DNA of 64,000 nt, from contig CAXXLF010000002.1 in the NCBI GenBank assembly GCA_963664015.2, forward strand, positions 1,824,001 to 1,888,000, given 5' to 3'. The stretch's first letter is position 1; each line of letters opens with the position of its first letter. The DNA comes from Candidatus Binatia bacterium. Lineage in GTDB: Bacteria; Desulfobacterota; Binatia; UBA9968; CAXXLF01. Below, piece by piece: positions 28,651 through 40,100 of the stretch. Below the pieces are notes generated by a model that was given only the letters and a program-made list of their open reading frames with translations, was not told where the DNA came from and did no database searches. The position numbers were made by a program, and so were the translations under genes.

Positions 28651-30654
28651 ATGATTGACGCAGCCCTTTCCGCTTTACAGGAACTTCTGGTTCCCATACG
28701 TCTCCTCTTTCTATTAATTGGCGTTCTCATGGGGTTGGTGCTAGGCGCCATTCCAGGTCTCGGCGGATTGGTCGGGTTGGCCATCCTTCTCCCCTTTACC
28801 TTCGACATGGATCCCGCCATGGCATTCGCCATCATGATCGGGCTGCTCTCGATTACGAGCACTTCGGACACGATTCCTTCAGTGCTGTTTGGCGTCCCCG
28901 GGACCGCGGCGTCTCAGGCTACTATTATGGACGGTCACCCTATGGCCAAGAAGGGAGAGGCCGGTCGGGCATTGGGCGCAGCCTACATGGCCTCACTAAT
29001 TGGCGGTCTCTTTGGAGCCATCGTTCTGGCCATGATGATTCCCGTCATAAGACCGATCGTTATGTCCTTTGGTGCCCCAGAATTCTTTATGATGGGCATC
29101 CTTGGGGTTTCGATGGTCGCGGTTTTAAGCGGTAGTGCTCCCATCAAAGGGCTGGTTGCGGGAGCCATGGGCCTCATGGTGGGGATGGTGGGGATGGATC
29201 CGCAGAGCGGGGTGCACCGCTGGGTCTTTGGCGAGCTTTACTTATTGGATGGATTGCCTTTGGTCCCCGTATCCCTTGGTATCTTTGCGATTCCGGAAGT
29301 AGTGGACCTTTTCATCCGGGGAACCCGGATTGCCGATGTTCCCAGTGACGCTCTGAAGGGAGTCCGGGCAGGTATTCGAGATGCGCTGCGGAACTGGGGC
29401 CTTGTCCTTCGCTGCAGCGCATTGGGCGTTTGGATAGGTATGATCCCGGGCCTTGGAGCTGCGGTTGTGGACTGGTTTGCCTACGGTCACGCCATGCAGA
29501 GTGAAAAAGGCGCGTCCGAGTCGTTCGGGAAAGGCGACGTTCGTGGTGTGATAGCCCCCGAGTCAGCCAATAATGCCAAAGAGGGTGGGGCGTTGATCCC
29601 GACCATCGCTTTCGGGGTTCCGGGAAGTGCTTCCATGGCGTTGCTCCTCGGAGCAATGATGATCCAGGGGTTAACACCGGGCCCCGCTATGCTGACTACG
29701 CATCTCGACGTCACCTTCACCCTAGTTTGGAGCATCGCAATCGCCAATATTTTTGGGACCGTCTTATGCCTGTTCTCGACCAATCTTCTGGCGAAGCTCT
29801 CTTTGGTTCGGATCCATTTACTGGTCCCGCTTGTCACTGCCATGGTCTTTCTGGCGGCCTACCAGGCCAGCCGCCACTATGGAGATATGTGGTCGCTATT
29901 GACCTTTGCCCTGCTCGGTTGGTTTATGAAACGATTTGGCTGGCCCAGGCCGCCGATCATTCTCGGTTTAGTCCTGAGTACTATCCTGGAAAACAGCCTG
30001 CATATTTCAGTGGCTCGTTATGGTCTGGGGATGTTCTCTCGACCCATATTCATCGTGATTATCCTGGTCATTATCGCGAGTTTGTATTTCGGTGTTCGAA
30101 TGCAGCGCCGCCCGGCAACGGATGGCGCAGAAGCCCCACCCAGAAGTCCGGTGAAATTCCGCTTCCAGGTTAGTTCTCTTTTCACCCTGGTTATGCTAGG
30201 GATTTTTGGAACTGCCATCTATTCGGCATGGCAATGGCAGTTTCCGGCTGCTCGAGTCTTTCCTTGGTCCATTGGGATCCCTGCGGTGATTCTCTGCCTA
30301 GCCCAGCTTTTTTCGGACCTCTTTCGGCCCATGGAGGTCGGCAAGAGCGGCTTTATGGATCTACCAGTAGATCGAAGCGTACCTGTCTCGGTCGTGATCC
30401 GTAGGGCCACGAATATTTTCGGTTGGATGATGGGGCTTTTTATCGGTATTTGGCTTGTAGGATTTATCGTCATCGTACCGGTGTTCATTGTTCTCTATCT
30501 CACCCTGCAGGCCGGGGAGAAGTGGCGGGTTACATTAGCTTACACGTTGGGAATCATGGCCTTCATGATCGGAGTTTTCCACCTGGTCTTGACCGTTCCC
30601 TGGCCCGAGGCCCTTTTCCCGCAGATGGAGGAGGCGATCCTCGCCTGGTTCTAA
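28651..30654 (+). CDS. tctA: TTT permease TctA fused to a C-terminal TctB-like domain
   Basis: GAIPGLG, GVPGT, DGHPMAKKG, APESANNA, GVPGS; about 170 extra C-terminal residues with 4 TM segments (ARVFP motif). Confidence 0.9.
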   Translation: MIDAALSALQELLVPIRLLFLLIGVLMGLVLGAIPGLGGLVGLAILLPFTFDMDPAMAFAIMIGLLSITSTSDTIPSVLFGVPGTAASQATIMDGHPMAKKGEAGRALGAAYMASLIGGLFGAIVLAMMIPVIRPIVMSFGAPEFFMMGILGVSMVAVLSGSAPIKGLVAGAMGLMVGMVGMDPQSGVHRWVFGELYLLDGLPLVPVSLGIFAIPEVVDLFIRGTRIADVPSDALKGVRAGIRDALRNWGLVLRCSALGVWIGMIPGLGAAVVDWFAYGHAMQSEKGASESFGKGDVRGVIAPESANNAKEGGALIPTIAFGVPGSASMALLLGAMMIQGLTPGPAMLTTHLDVTFTLVWSIAIANIFGTVLCLFSTNLLAKLSLVRIHLLVPLVTAMVFLAAYQASRHYGDMWSLLTFALLGWFMKRFGWPRPPIILGLVLSTILENSLHISVARYGLGMFSRPIFIVIILVIIASLYFGVRMQRRPATDGAEAPPRSPVKFRFQVSSLFTLVMLGIFGTAIYSAWQWQFPAARVFPWSIGIPAVILCLAQLFSDLFRPMEVGKSGFMDLPVDRSVPVSVVIRRATNIFGWMMGLFIGIWLVGFIVIVPVFIVLYLTLQAGEKWRVTLAYTLGIMAFMIGVFHLVLTVPWPEALFPQMEEAILAWF

Positions 30655-30787
30655 AGAGAGAACTCGCAGGCGCCAGTTCTGAGCCACGGATCGTTTGATC
30701 GAGATTTGGTCTGATAGTGGTCGGTTACGGTTGGAACGAGAGATAGTTCGAGGGAAGCCGTGAATCTATTCAATCATGACTCTCGAG

Positions 30788-31108
30788 TCACGAAACCCTG
30801 GATCCGGGGCTCACTCTTTTCTCCGGTGTTAAGATCACGGTATTCTCCCCATCGGAGGCAGCCAAGAGCATTCCCTCACTTTCCAAGCCCCTGAGTTTTG
30901 CCGTTTGCAAATTGGCTACCACCACGACTTGCTTCCCGATCAATTCCTCCGGGGTATAGTGTCCCCTGATCCCAGCAACCAGCTGGCGTTCCTCGGAGAC
31001 CAGGTCAATTTTGACGACCATAGGCCTGTCCGCATTGGGATGGGGCTCCGCATGCTGAATAGTAGCGACCCGGAGTTCTATATTTCGAAAATCGTCGATA
31101 GTGATCAT
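30788..31108 (-). CDS. tRNA-binding OB-fold protein (CsaA/MetG C-terminal-like)
   Basis: MITIDDF..IELRVA, HPNAD, RQLVAGI, VVANL...LRGLESEGMLLA; RBS GAGG. Confidence 0.9.
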   Translation of the reverse strand: MITIDDFRNIELRVATIQHAEPHPNADRPMVVKIDLVSEERQLVAGIRGHYTPEELIGKQVVVVANLQTAKLRGLESEGMLLAASDGENTVILTPEKRVSPGSRVS

Positions 31109-31270
31109 ATCTATCCTCGGTAAGTAAGAGTTGCCGCCACCATAGCAGAATACCAACGTGTCCTGAAGGACACCTCCCACTTGAAGCTCTACGGGTTCAC
31201 GCCCATTCGACTGGGAGATCACGGCTAGCCATGGTTTTCTGCGAAGGCGGATAAAAAAGTGTAGCTCCCA

Positions 31271-31318
31271 TTGACAAGTCCAAGAAGCCCGGATAAAAAC
31301 AATAACCATTCTTAATAA
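31271..31318 (+). promoter_or_regulatory. Promoter plus Fur/PerR-like box of the rubrerythrin operon
   Basis: TTGACA-17 bp-TAAAAA followed by CAATAACCATTCTTAATAA; a Fur-family gene closes the operon. Confidence 0.6.
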
Positions 31319-31334
31319 GCAAAGGAGGACTTCA

Positions 31335-31781
31335 ATGGCAAAGAGTATTAAAGGAACAAAGAGTTTGGAAAATCTCAAAGGCGCCTTCGCCGGTGAGTCA
31401 CAGGCGAACAGACGTTACCTCTATTTTTCCCGGACGGCCGATATCGAGGGTTACCCGGACGTGGGTGGTCTGTTCCGCGACACGGCAGAGGCCGAAACCG
31501 GTCATGCCTTCGGTCACCTGGACTTCTTGAAAGAGGTGGGCGATCCGTGCACCAACGCCCCCATTGGCAATACGGAGAAGAATCTCCAGTCGGCCATCGA
31601 TGGGGAGACCTACGAGTACACCGAGATGTATCCTGGATTTGCCAAGACGGCGCGCCAGGAGGGACTCGATGAGTTGGCCGAGTGGTTTGAGACACTGGCA
31701 AAGGCGGAGAAGTCCCACGCCGGCCGGTTTACCAAAGGCAAACAGCTCATTGCTGGCAAAGATCCAGCGGACGCCGTTTAA
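31335..31781 (+). CDS. rbr: Rubrerythrin, short type without rubredoxin domain
   Basis: [36 protein letters not shown]. Confidence 0.93.
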   Translation: MAKSIKGTKSLENLKGAFAGESQANRRYLYFSRTADIEGYPDVGGLFRDTAEAETGHAFGHLDFLKEVGDPCTNAPIGNTEKNLQSAIDGETYEYTEMYPGFAKTARQEGLDELAEWFETLAKAEKSHAGRFTKGKQLIAGKDPADAV

Positions 31782-31939
31782 GTTCGATCAGTCCACTGAA
31801 AATCCCGTTGTCGAGGGCGGGGTTCACCCCGCTCTCGATGGATAGGTCTCCTGTCCAGCGACGTACGGTGATGACCTGCACGAAGCGTCGACATGAGCAG
31901 GAAGCTCACCCCGACGTGTGAAGATCGAGGCAAAGAGCT

Positions 31940-33205
31940 ATGGCAGATGGGTTGGACAGCGAACAGTACTGGAATCAAGCAAAAACCGAAGATGAGCTGC
32001 GCCGGGTCTTCGATCTCTGCAACGGGTGCCGGCGTTGTTACAATCTCTGCCCGTCCTTTAACGATCTGTTCGAACGCCTGGACAGTGAGTCGGTCGATGG
32101 CGAGGCAGACAAGCTTGAGAGCCCAGACCTTAGAAGCGTTACCGACTTCTGCTATCAGTGCAAGCTGTGCTATAACCACTGCCCTTATACTCCTCCCCAC
32201 CGATGGGAGATCGATTTCCCGCGCCTCATGTTGCGTTCAAAGGCCGGACAGGTCAAGCGAGACGGGCAATCGTTCCAGGACGCCTTTCTCGGTCAGGTTG
32301 ACCGCGTTGGGCGCCTCGGCAGCTTCTTTGCTCCCATAGCCAATTGGGCCCTGAAGAACCCTGTCAACCGTTGGCTCATGGAAAAACTTCTGGGGCTGCA
32401 CCGCAAGAGGTTGCTCCCTGCCTACGCCAGCGAGACCTTTCGCCGCTGGTTTGACCGGCGAAAGGTCACAACCGGATCAGGTGATGGGAAGAAGGTTGCC
32501 CTATTTTATACTTGCAGCGTGAATTACAATGAGCCAGAAACCGGAAAGGCCTGCGTCCAGGTGTTGGAAAGGAATCGATGTCAGGTAGCCTGTCCCCAGC
32601 AACAGTGCTGCGGCATGCCTTTTCTCGACGGCGGGGATGTGGAGGCAGCCAAGACCAGTGCCCGCGCCAACGTCGCTTCCCTCCACGCCCTGGTTCGGGA
32701 GGGCTACGACATTGTTGTTCCCGGCCCGACCTGTAGTTTTACGATCAAGCAAGAATATCCTCTGCTTTTTCCCGGGGAAGAATCCCGAAAGGTCGCAGAG
32801 AGGACCTTCGATGTCTGCGAGTACCTCATGAGTCTACACGGTGAGGGAAAGCTCGACACCGGATTCACCAAGGGTATGGGACAACTGGCCTACCAGATGC
32901 CTTGTCATCTCCGGGCGCAAAACATGGGTTATAAATCTCGTGACCTGATGGAGCTGATCCCCGACACCCAAGTCCACTTGATGGAGAAGTGTGCGGCCAT
33001 TGATGGCACCTGGGGTCTGAAACAACAGTACTTTGATCTCTCATTGAAGGTTGCCAAGTCGCTGTTGGACGAGATTCAGGAGAAGCGGCCCGATCTCACG
33101 GTTTCCGACTGTCCCCTGGCGGGACTCCAGATCGAGCAGGGAACGGGGAGAAAGTCGCTGCACCCGGTCCGGGTCCTGGCCAAGGCCTATGGCCTTGATG
33201 GGTGA
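31940..33205 (+). CDS. Fe-S oxidoreductase (GlpC/HdrD-like, CCG domains)
   Basis: CNGCRRCYNLCP, CYQCKLCYNHCPY, CCGMP, PCHLRAQ, SDCPLA. Confidence 0.9.
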   Translation: MADGLDSEQYWNQAKTEDELRRVFDLCNGCRRCYNLCPSFNDLFERLDSESVDGEADKLESPDLRSVTDFCYQCKLCYNHCPYTPPHRWEIDFPRLMLRSKAGQVKRDGQSFQDAFLGQVDRVGRLGSFFAPIANWALKNPVNRWLMEKLLGLHRKRLLPAYASETFRRWFDRRKVTTGSGDGKKVALFYTCSVNYNEPETGKACVQVLERNRCQVACPQQQCCGMPFLDGGDVEAAKTSARANVASLHALVREGYDIVVPGPTCSFTIKQEYPLLFPGEESRKVAERTFDVCEYLMSLHGEGKLDTGFTKGMGQLAYQMPCHLRAQNMGYKSRDLMELIPDTQVHLMEKCAAIDGTWGLKQQYFDLSLKVAKSLLDEIQEKRPDLTVSDCPLAGLQIEQGTGRKSLHPVRVLAKAYGLDG

Positions 33206-33211
33206 GCAAGT

Positions 33212-33793
33212 ATGAAAAAGATTGGACTGGATGACATTCAGGGTCTGGCCGCTTACGAGAATATCCGTGAGGAGTTCCGCCGGGAGATCATTGAGCTCAA
33301 GAAAAAGCGACGGGTTGCGGTGGGAGCACAGGTTACACTGGTTTTCGAAAATCGTAAGACCGTCATTTTTCAGATCCAGGAGATGCTCCGAGCGGAACGG
33401 ATTAAGGACCTAGACAAGATTCGAGAAGAAGTTGAGGTATATAACGGTCTCATCCCCGATGGGGGTGAACTCAGCGCAACCCTACTGCTGGAAATCGAAG
33501 ACCAAACCCACATTAGAGAGGAGCTGCTAAAATTCCTGGGTCTCGATGAGGCTGTCTTTATCCAGGTGGGTGTTGGACCGCCTATTCGTGCGCGCTTTGA
33601 GGAGGGGCACAGCAAGGAGGACAAGATCAGTGCGGTGCAGTATGTGAGGTTTTCTCTCGATCCCGGCCTCATTCAGGCCATGGTCGAGAAGAAAGACCGC
33701 ACACGATTGTTTATTGATCATCCCCATTACAAAGCGGAGACGACTCTGACTCCCGAATCCCAGCAATCCTTGGCAGAAGACCTCATGGTCTAG
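33212..33793 (+). CDS. DUF3501 family protein
   Basis: KKKRRV..G...L.FEN..T...QIQEM.R.E, SAVQYVRF; typical partner of short rubrerythrins. Confidence 0.88.
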   Translation: MKKIGLDDIQGLAAYENIREEFRREIIELKKKRRVAVGAQVTLVFENRKTVIFQIQEMLRAERIKDLDKIREEVEVYNGLIPDGGELSATLLLEIEDQTHIREELLKFLGLDEAVFIQVGVGPPIRARFEEGHSKEDKISAVQYVRFSLDPGLIQAMVEKKDRTRLFIDHPHYKAETTLTPESQQSLAEDLMV

Positions 33794-33801
33794 AGGAATC
33801 C

Positions 33802-34185
33802 ATGGCCAAGAATATCCGCAGGCATACCAAGCAGCTCGATTTAATTTGGAACGAAATCTCCCACGATACCTCGCATCCGACGGCAGACCAAATATACGAG
33901 AGGGTAAAGAAAAAAATCCCCAATATTAGCCTGGGAACGGTCTATCGCAATCTCCAGAAACTGGAGGCCGAGGGACAGCTCCAGGTCCTGACCCTCGATC
34001 GGACTCAGCATTTCGATCCCCTCGTGGATCGGCACCACCATTTCATCTGCAAGAGCTGCTGGCGGGTCTACGATGTCTTTGCTGATGGCGAGCAGGAGGC
34101 CCGGCCATCCTGTCCATCCCCCAAAGGGTTCACCGTGACCTCCCGTCAGTCGTCTTGGTATGGCACGTGTCAATCGTGCTCGTGA
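33802..34185 (+). CDS. Fur/PerR-family transcriptional repressor
   Basis: HPTADQIY, ISLGTVYRNL, HHHFICKSC, CQSC. Confidence 0.92.
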   Translation: MAKNIRRHTKQLDLIWNEISHDTSHPTADQIYERVKKKIPNISLGTVYRNLQKLEAEGQLQVLTLDRTQHFDPLVDRHHHFICKSCWRVYDVFADGEQEARPSCPSPKGFTVTSRQSSWYGTCQSCS

Positions 34186-34285
34186 ATCTGAGGGGCTGAG
34201 TCCAATGGAATGGGTGTTCCCGGCACGCGCTATTGGAATACCAGGTGAATTGAATAGACGATTCTTTCGTGTAAAAGGGAGCTAG

Positions 34286-34848
34286 ATGGAAGCCACCGAT
34301 CTTCCCTCCGATTCCCAGAAAAAACTCCTGAGGCTTTCTCGTCAGGTCCTGGAGCATATCGTTTGCGGGGTGGAGGGGCCGCCCGATCAGGGCGGGAATA
34401 CCCTTATCTATTGAGTTCCCGCTATGGTTCCTTTGTCTCTCTGCACAAGGACGCCGAGCTCAGAGGCTGCATCGGCACCTGTGATTCCACGGGTCCCCTA
34501 TATGAAACAGTCATTGAGATGACACAGGCTGCGGCCACTCAGGACAAGCGCTTCTCTCCCATCACATCCGACGAAATTAGTCAGATCCGTCTCGAAATCT
34601 CTATACTCTCGACCCTCGAACCTGTGACTGAGATTCATTCGCTAAAAGTCGGTGTCCATGGCCTACATGTGAGTTGCGGGGAAAAGAGGGGAGTGCTCCT
34701 GCCGCAGGTGGCCACCGAATATGGGTGGGACATGGAAACATTCCTCGGCCAGGTTTGTCTCAAGGCCAAGCTCAACCAGGAGGCCTGGAGGTCCCCTGGC
34801 ACGCGGACGTCGTGCTTTACGACTGTGGTCATAGAGGAGGAGCCATGA
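34286..34848 (+). pseudogene. amrA: AmmeMemoRadiSam system protein A (AMMECR1 domain), frameshifted
   Basis: N-terminus MEATDL...QKKLLRLSRQVLE from ATG 34286 is out of frame with FVSLH...LRGCIG...GVLLPQVA...KA. Shift near 34390. Confidence 0.8.
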
Positions 34849-35645
34849 AGCGACGTGGATTCATCAGTTTGCTGGTGGGATCGTTCTTGCTGTCCGTGCG
34901 CGGGCCGAGGCGGGTCCAAATTCGCAGTGGCAGCCGAGGCACCTCAACTCGTTACTTTATCGAATGGTTCGGCCATTCAAGTTTTCTCATCAATCCGGAG
35001 GCGAGGGTCAAGATCGTAACGGACCCCAATTTCAATGTCACCCCTGGAATCGAAGCCGATGCGGTGACCGTGAGCAACGATCATTTCACCCACAACAATG
35101 TGGGTGCAGTGGGCGGGGATCCGCTCATCCTGAGGGGAATCACCCTGGAACAGACCTGGAATCCGATTGAAACCCGGGTGAAGTACATCCTCATCGTCAA
35201 TCTACCGAGCATGAGGAGCTCCGATTATGGCCAGGTCGCCAACTCGATCTTCATTTACGAGATGGGGAGCCTGTGCATTGCTCATCTGAGCAACATCGGC
35301 CATCTCCTGACGCCTAAGCAGGAACGTCTCATGCGCCGGGTCGATGTCATGATGACGCCTGTCGATGCCAGGTTGAACCTGGGATTTGAAGATCTAGTTC
35401 GAGTCATCAATCAGGTCAAGCCGTCGGTGGTGATTCCCATGCACTAGGATGATCCGGCCCAGGTGGAGCTCTTCGGTGGTTTTGTTCGAGATTGTTACCA
35501 GGTTCGTCAAAAAGCCGATTCCCGGCTGGTTCTCAGCCGAGCTGCGCTTCCGGCCTCCACAGAGGTCCTGGTCCTCACGCACCCGAACCCGGTTTACCCT
35601 GTTGATTCGTGGCCGTCTTATCCGGATACGGGCACAGAGAACTGA
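34845..35645 (+). pseudogene. Metallo-beta-lactamase-fold hydrolase with Tat-like signal, interrupted by in-frame TAG
   Basis: MKRRGFISLL, WFGHSSF, VTDP, SNDHFTHN, IPMH*; same frame continues to 35645. Confidence 0.75.
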
Positions 35646-36276
35646 TCTTGCATTCGGGACAGCGCGGTCGCTTGGCCAGGCACACCCTGCGGCCGTGATA
35701 CTGGAGCAGATGACAAAATCTGACCCGCCGTTTGGCGGGAACAAGATCCATTAGATCAAACTCGATTTTGTCCGGTTGCGTATTGGGGCTAAAGCCCAGC
35801 CTTTGAGAAAGCCGCATTACATGGGTATCCACCCCGATGGCCTCCTTGTTAAAGACATTGCCCAGCAGGATATTGGCTGTCTTCCTCCCGACCCCGGGTA
35901 GGGACGTCAGATCGTCAAGATTGTCCGGGACCTTACCGGCAAAGTGCTCAACGATATCACGGCAGCAATTTTGAATGAGTCGTGCCTTGTTGCGATAGAA
36001 GTTGATCTTCTGAATTTCCTCTTCGAGCTTTGCCGGCGGGCACTTGGCATAGTCATCGGCCTTTCGAAACCTGGAAAAGAGTCCCACTGTCACTTGATTC
36101 ACCCCTGTATCCCGGGCCTGGGCCGCCAGAATGAGGGCAACGAGAAGCTCCAAGGGGGTTGAAAAATTGAGGTCCAGTTTTGCATCCGGGTGGATGCGAT
36201 CGAGCACGGTGAGAATCTTTGTCACGTTTTTCTCATCCGACAAGGGCTTGGGGTGTTTTGTCCTTGGTGTGGCCAT
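35575..36276 (-). CDS. nth: Endonuclease III
   Basis: HhH LPGVGRKTAN, VDTHV, C-x6-C-x2-C-x5-C Fe-S motif. Exact start uncertain. Confidence 0.95.
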   Translation of the reverse strand: MATPRTKHPKPLSDEKNVTKILTVLDRIHPDAKLDLNFSTPLELLVALILAAQARDTGVNQVTVGLFSRFRKADDYAKCPPAKLEEEIQKINFYRNKARLIQNCCRDIVEHFAGKVPDNLDDLTSLPGVGRKTANILLGNVFNKEAIGVDTHVMRLSQRLGFSPNTQPDKIEFDLMDLVPAKRRVRFCHLLQYHGRRVCLAKRPRCPECKISSLCPYPDKTATNQQGKPGSGA

Positions 36277-36333
36277 TTTCGTTTTCATATCGAATATGGT
36301 ACCAGTAGGCAAGACAATCAAAGGAGGGGATTT

Positions 36334-36852
36334 TTGGATTTACACGAGCTTAGAAAAATGACTGTCCCCAAGCTCAAGGAGCGCGCCAAGGAGATCCCCG
36401 ATCTCCAGGGTGTGGGAGGAATGAAAAAGGATGAGCTGATCGGCGCCATCGCCAAGGCTGAGGGCTTTGCCCTTGAGGCCGGTACCAAGGATCTGGGGAC
36501 AATTCGCTCGATCAAGGAACAGGTTCGCACACTACAAAAAAAGAAGGCAGATCTACAGACATCACCCCCGGATCGGTCCAATGGAGCCCGATTGAGAAAG
36601 CGGATCAGAAAGCTCAAGCGTCAAACCCGTCTGATAGCGAATGAGGCTGCACGTCAAAAGGCTGTCCAACAGGCTCAGACAGTAGCAGCCGCTGCAGCGG
36701 CTGAAGCTAAGACTAAAGCGGCAGAAGCTAAGGTTAAAGCCGCCGCAGCCGCTGCAGAAGCTGAAGCCAAAGCGGCTGCTGAGTCGGCTCCCGCGGAGAG
36801 TCCAGCACCTGCAGGAGAAGCCGCGGTTGAAGTCGGACCCACAGGGGAGTAA
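36334..36852 (+). CDS. Rho N-terminal-like (HEH) domain protein with Ala/Glu/Pro-rich tail
   Basis: RBS AAGGAGG, TTG start; LRKMTVPKLKERAK...GMKKDELIGAI. The low-complexity frame continues past TAA 36850 to TGA 37005. Confidence 0.75.
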   Translation: MDLHELRKMTVPKLKERAKEIPDLQGVGGMKKDELIGAIAKAEGFALEAGTKDLGTIRSIKEQVRTLQKKKADLQTSPPDRSNGARLRKRIRKLKRQTRLIANEAARQKAVQQAQTVAAAAAAEAKTKAAEAKVKAAAAAAEAEAKAAAESAPAESPAPAGEAAVEVGPTGE

Positions 36853-37132
36853 GCAACAACCCCGGAAGTTAGCGCCGCACCCGAAGGTGAGGCTACGCCG
36901 AAGGAAGCAACGGTACCAGAAAGCGCTTCCCCCCCCGAAGAAAAGGCGGCACCAGCGGCTGAGGCTAAACCTGAACCGGAAACGAAACCGGCTAGCTCTA
37001 GTTGATTCCCTGACAATTTTCTAGAAACGATTTCCGATCAGTCTTTTCCCCCACCATAGTTCCCTAGTTGCCTGGCGGTTACGGTGGTGGGTGGCCCTCT
37101 TTGGATTTACTAACCTTTGTGAGTTTGAGGGT

Positions 37133-40100
37133 TTACGCTTGTTGCGTGGCCTTAGGGCTCCGGCACATCCGTGCGCGGAGGGTACCCAAAGGACCAATCT
37201 CCTCGGGTAAGCCGTTTTTATAGGCGATGGCCATACCGGAAGTCGGTGAAACCCGCGGGTTGGGAGTCAGGATACCAACAAGGTTTAACGGGTCGGTGCA
37301 CGAGATCACCACTCCCTCGTGGTCGGGGGCGGCTCGGCGCATACTTCTCAGACCTTCGACGGCTTCGGGCAAGGCGTACTGCTCCCCCACAAAGCCGCTT
37401 ACGAATCGGCCACCGCGAATTTCACCGCGCGCCTCAAGCGGGCGGTAAACCCGAAGCAGGATCCACCATGGTGGCACCGTGGTCTCCCGTACCAACAGGT
37501 CGCGAAACACCAGTCCGTAGCGATGAAGCAACTGTAGGGCTATGGCCTCGTGGATCCGCTCGGGCTCAAGGGACGGTTTGGAAGGATTACCCTTCCTCCA
37601 AAGGGACCAGCGGCCCGTAGGCATGAGCCGTGGCGGCAGCGTACGTTTCAAAGAGCCCCTCAGTCGATGCCTCTTGGTTTTCCGTTTTGACTCGGGTAAG
37701 AGCAGAGTCCGAAGCCCGGCAACACCGTCCCCGCTAACATATCCACGGGCGACGAGTTCCCACAGGGCCTCTTCCGCGGGCGCCGTCTCCGCCGCTTTGG
37801 TCCCATTCGATGCCACTCCCGGTTTTAATCTTCCCCACGCCAGGGCGCCTGCAAGACAGAGACTCTCCAGATCTGCGGGGTCGTATTGGGCGATCCGTGC
37901 CGGTAGCACCGGTTCCTCCCAGGCCGGGGTCGGGAGCTCGAGCCCTTGAAGCTGCTTGATGACTTGCGACACCTTTTCACGACCGTGGAGCTGCGTATTT
38001 GGCTCTACATGTTGCCAACGGAGCAAGAAGCGGAGGAAGTCCGCTGCGGTGACCGGTTCAATCTTACGCCGTAGTTGGCCAGGGTAAGGCGGTGGCTGCG
38101 TGCGAGGAGTCGCCGGTCACACCACTCCACTTCGGTATCCGGAAGACCACCGGGAGTGAAGTGTCCTTGCAGGACATTGCCGGAGGCTTCCAGGGCAAAG
38201 AGGGCCTCTTTAGCTATTTGGGTGGGGAGTCCGATGCGCCTGGCAAGGGTGGTTGCCGTTACCGGGCCGACCACCTCCATCCATTCTTGTACGATCAATC
38301 CGATGGCGTGCTCCGCCGGAGAGTTCTCGTCCCTATGACGAATCCCTGATGGTAAACCAGTCGGGGCCTCTATTTCCAGATCAGGGAAGACGCTACGAAC
38401 CCGATCCAGGGGCTCCGTGGCAGCGTAGCCGGAGCGCTGGGCGGACCCGTCTCCAGGGTTCCACCGGACGAGAACGGTTCGGCCCGTTGCCATGAGTTCT
38501 TCCGACCATACGATCCAGTGCCGGGCTTCTTCCAAGGGCACGATTTCCGTACCTAAGAGAAAATCATGCAGCTCATCGGCGTCGCGTATATCTGGCCACG
38601 CCTCCGAGCGCACCTGCTCGATGGCTGCACTGCTGAGTAAACCGATACCGCGGGCCAGATCGGGATCGGTCCTTCGAAGGGCCACCGCTCGCGCGCGGCG
38701 TTCCTCGAAAGGTGCCTCATCTAGAAAGGCCTACGGGTTGGGATTGAGAATCTCGTGGGCCATGGGGGAAGGTGAGGGTGTGTCCACTGCCACGGTTGCT
38801 AGCTGCCTTTGCTCGATTCGTGTGAGGATCTTGTATAGACCGTCCAGATCCATAGCCTCATGAAGGCAGTTGCCAACCGTTTCATTCACCAGAGGGTGGT
38901 CGGGAAGCTCAATCGGGCCGACACGGTTATCCTGACACATGACCTGGGCCGGAAAGACCGAGGCCAGAATGTCTTCAGCGCCCATGCGCTGGATCGCCAT
39001 GGGGACCTTTTTACCACCGCAGAAACGCTGGATGGCCAATGCCCGTGTAGCATTCCACCGCCATCGAGTGGTAAAGATCGGCGCGGCCAGTAAGGCCTGA
39101 GTCAGATCCTTCTCTGCCGTCGTCGGCAGAACATAGGAAAAGATACTCTCCATTGGATAAGGAGTGATGCTTTCCCAGCGAAATAACGATACCGTCATCT
39201 GTGGCTGCGGCCTGCAGTTCAAAATTAAAGGCGACGTAAAAGCGTTTGCGCAGTGCCAGGCCCCAGGCGCGGTTGATGTGTCCACCGAAGGGCGTGTGCA
39301 GGACGAGTTGCATGCCGCCGGATTCGTCAAAAAACCACTCGGCAACAATGCCTTCGCCTGTAGGAACGCACCCGAGCACGGCTAGAATCGCTCGGATATA
39401 GGCAGCGATCTGCTCCGCTCCCGGGTGACATACCCCCGTCTCGTTCATCAGCCAGTTTACGGCAGCGACTGTGTCATGACTCAGTTGATCCACTTCATGT
39501 CGTAGATCGGAGATCGCTTGGGATAGCTCGCGGGTACGGCCAGGCGCCTCACCGAGCCAGAAGGGGATAGTGGGAGGAGCACCTTGGGCGTCCTCGACCC
39601 AAACCTTTCCCGAAGCGACCCGATGGATACGCCATGACTGATTGCCCAGAAGAAAAATATCCTCGGACAAACTTTCAATAGCGAAGTCCTCATTGACCTT
39701 GCCAACGAAGGTTTCCTGGGGGGCCTCGATGACATCGTAGTCGGCCGTATCCGGAATAGCACCACCACCGGTGATAGCCGTGAGGCGAGCTCCTCGACGC
39801 GCACGCAACCTGCCATGTACCTGGTCGCGGTGCAGGTAAGCGCTCCTTCGTCCCGTGCGGGCGGCAACTCCCTCAGAGAGAATGGTGAGGATCTCCTCGA
39901 ATTCCCTCCGGCTCAGGTGCCGGTAGGGATAGGCTCGGCGAACCATGGACCACAGCTCCTTCTCGCCGATACCCGAGGTGAGGCCTTCTTCTTCCATCGA
40001 GGGGGAGACTCCACTGTGGTTGTTGGAGCGGCATCAGGCTGGCTACGGTGGCGACCATCTGCTGAGCCAGGATATCCAGTGGCTTTTGCGGGATCTCGAG

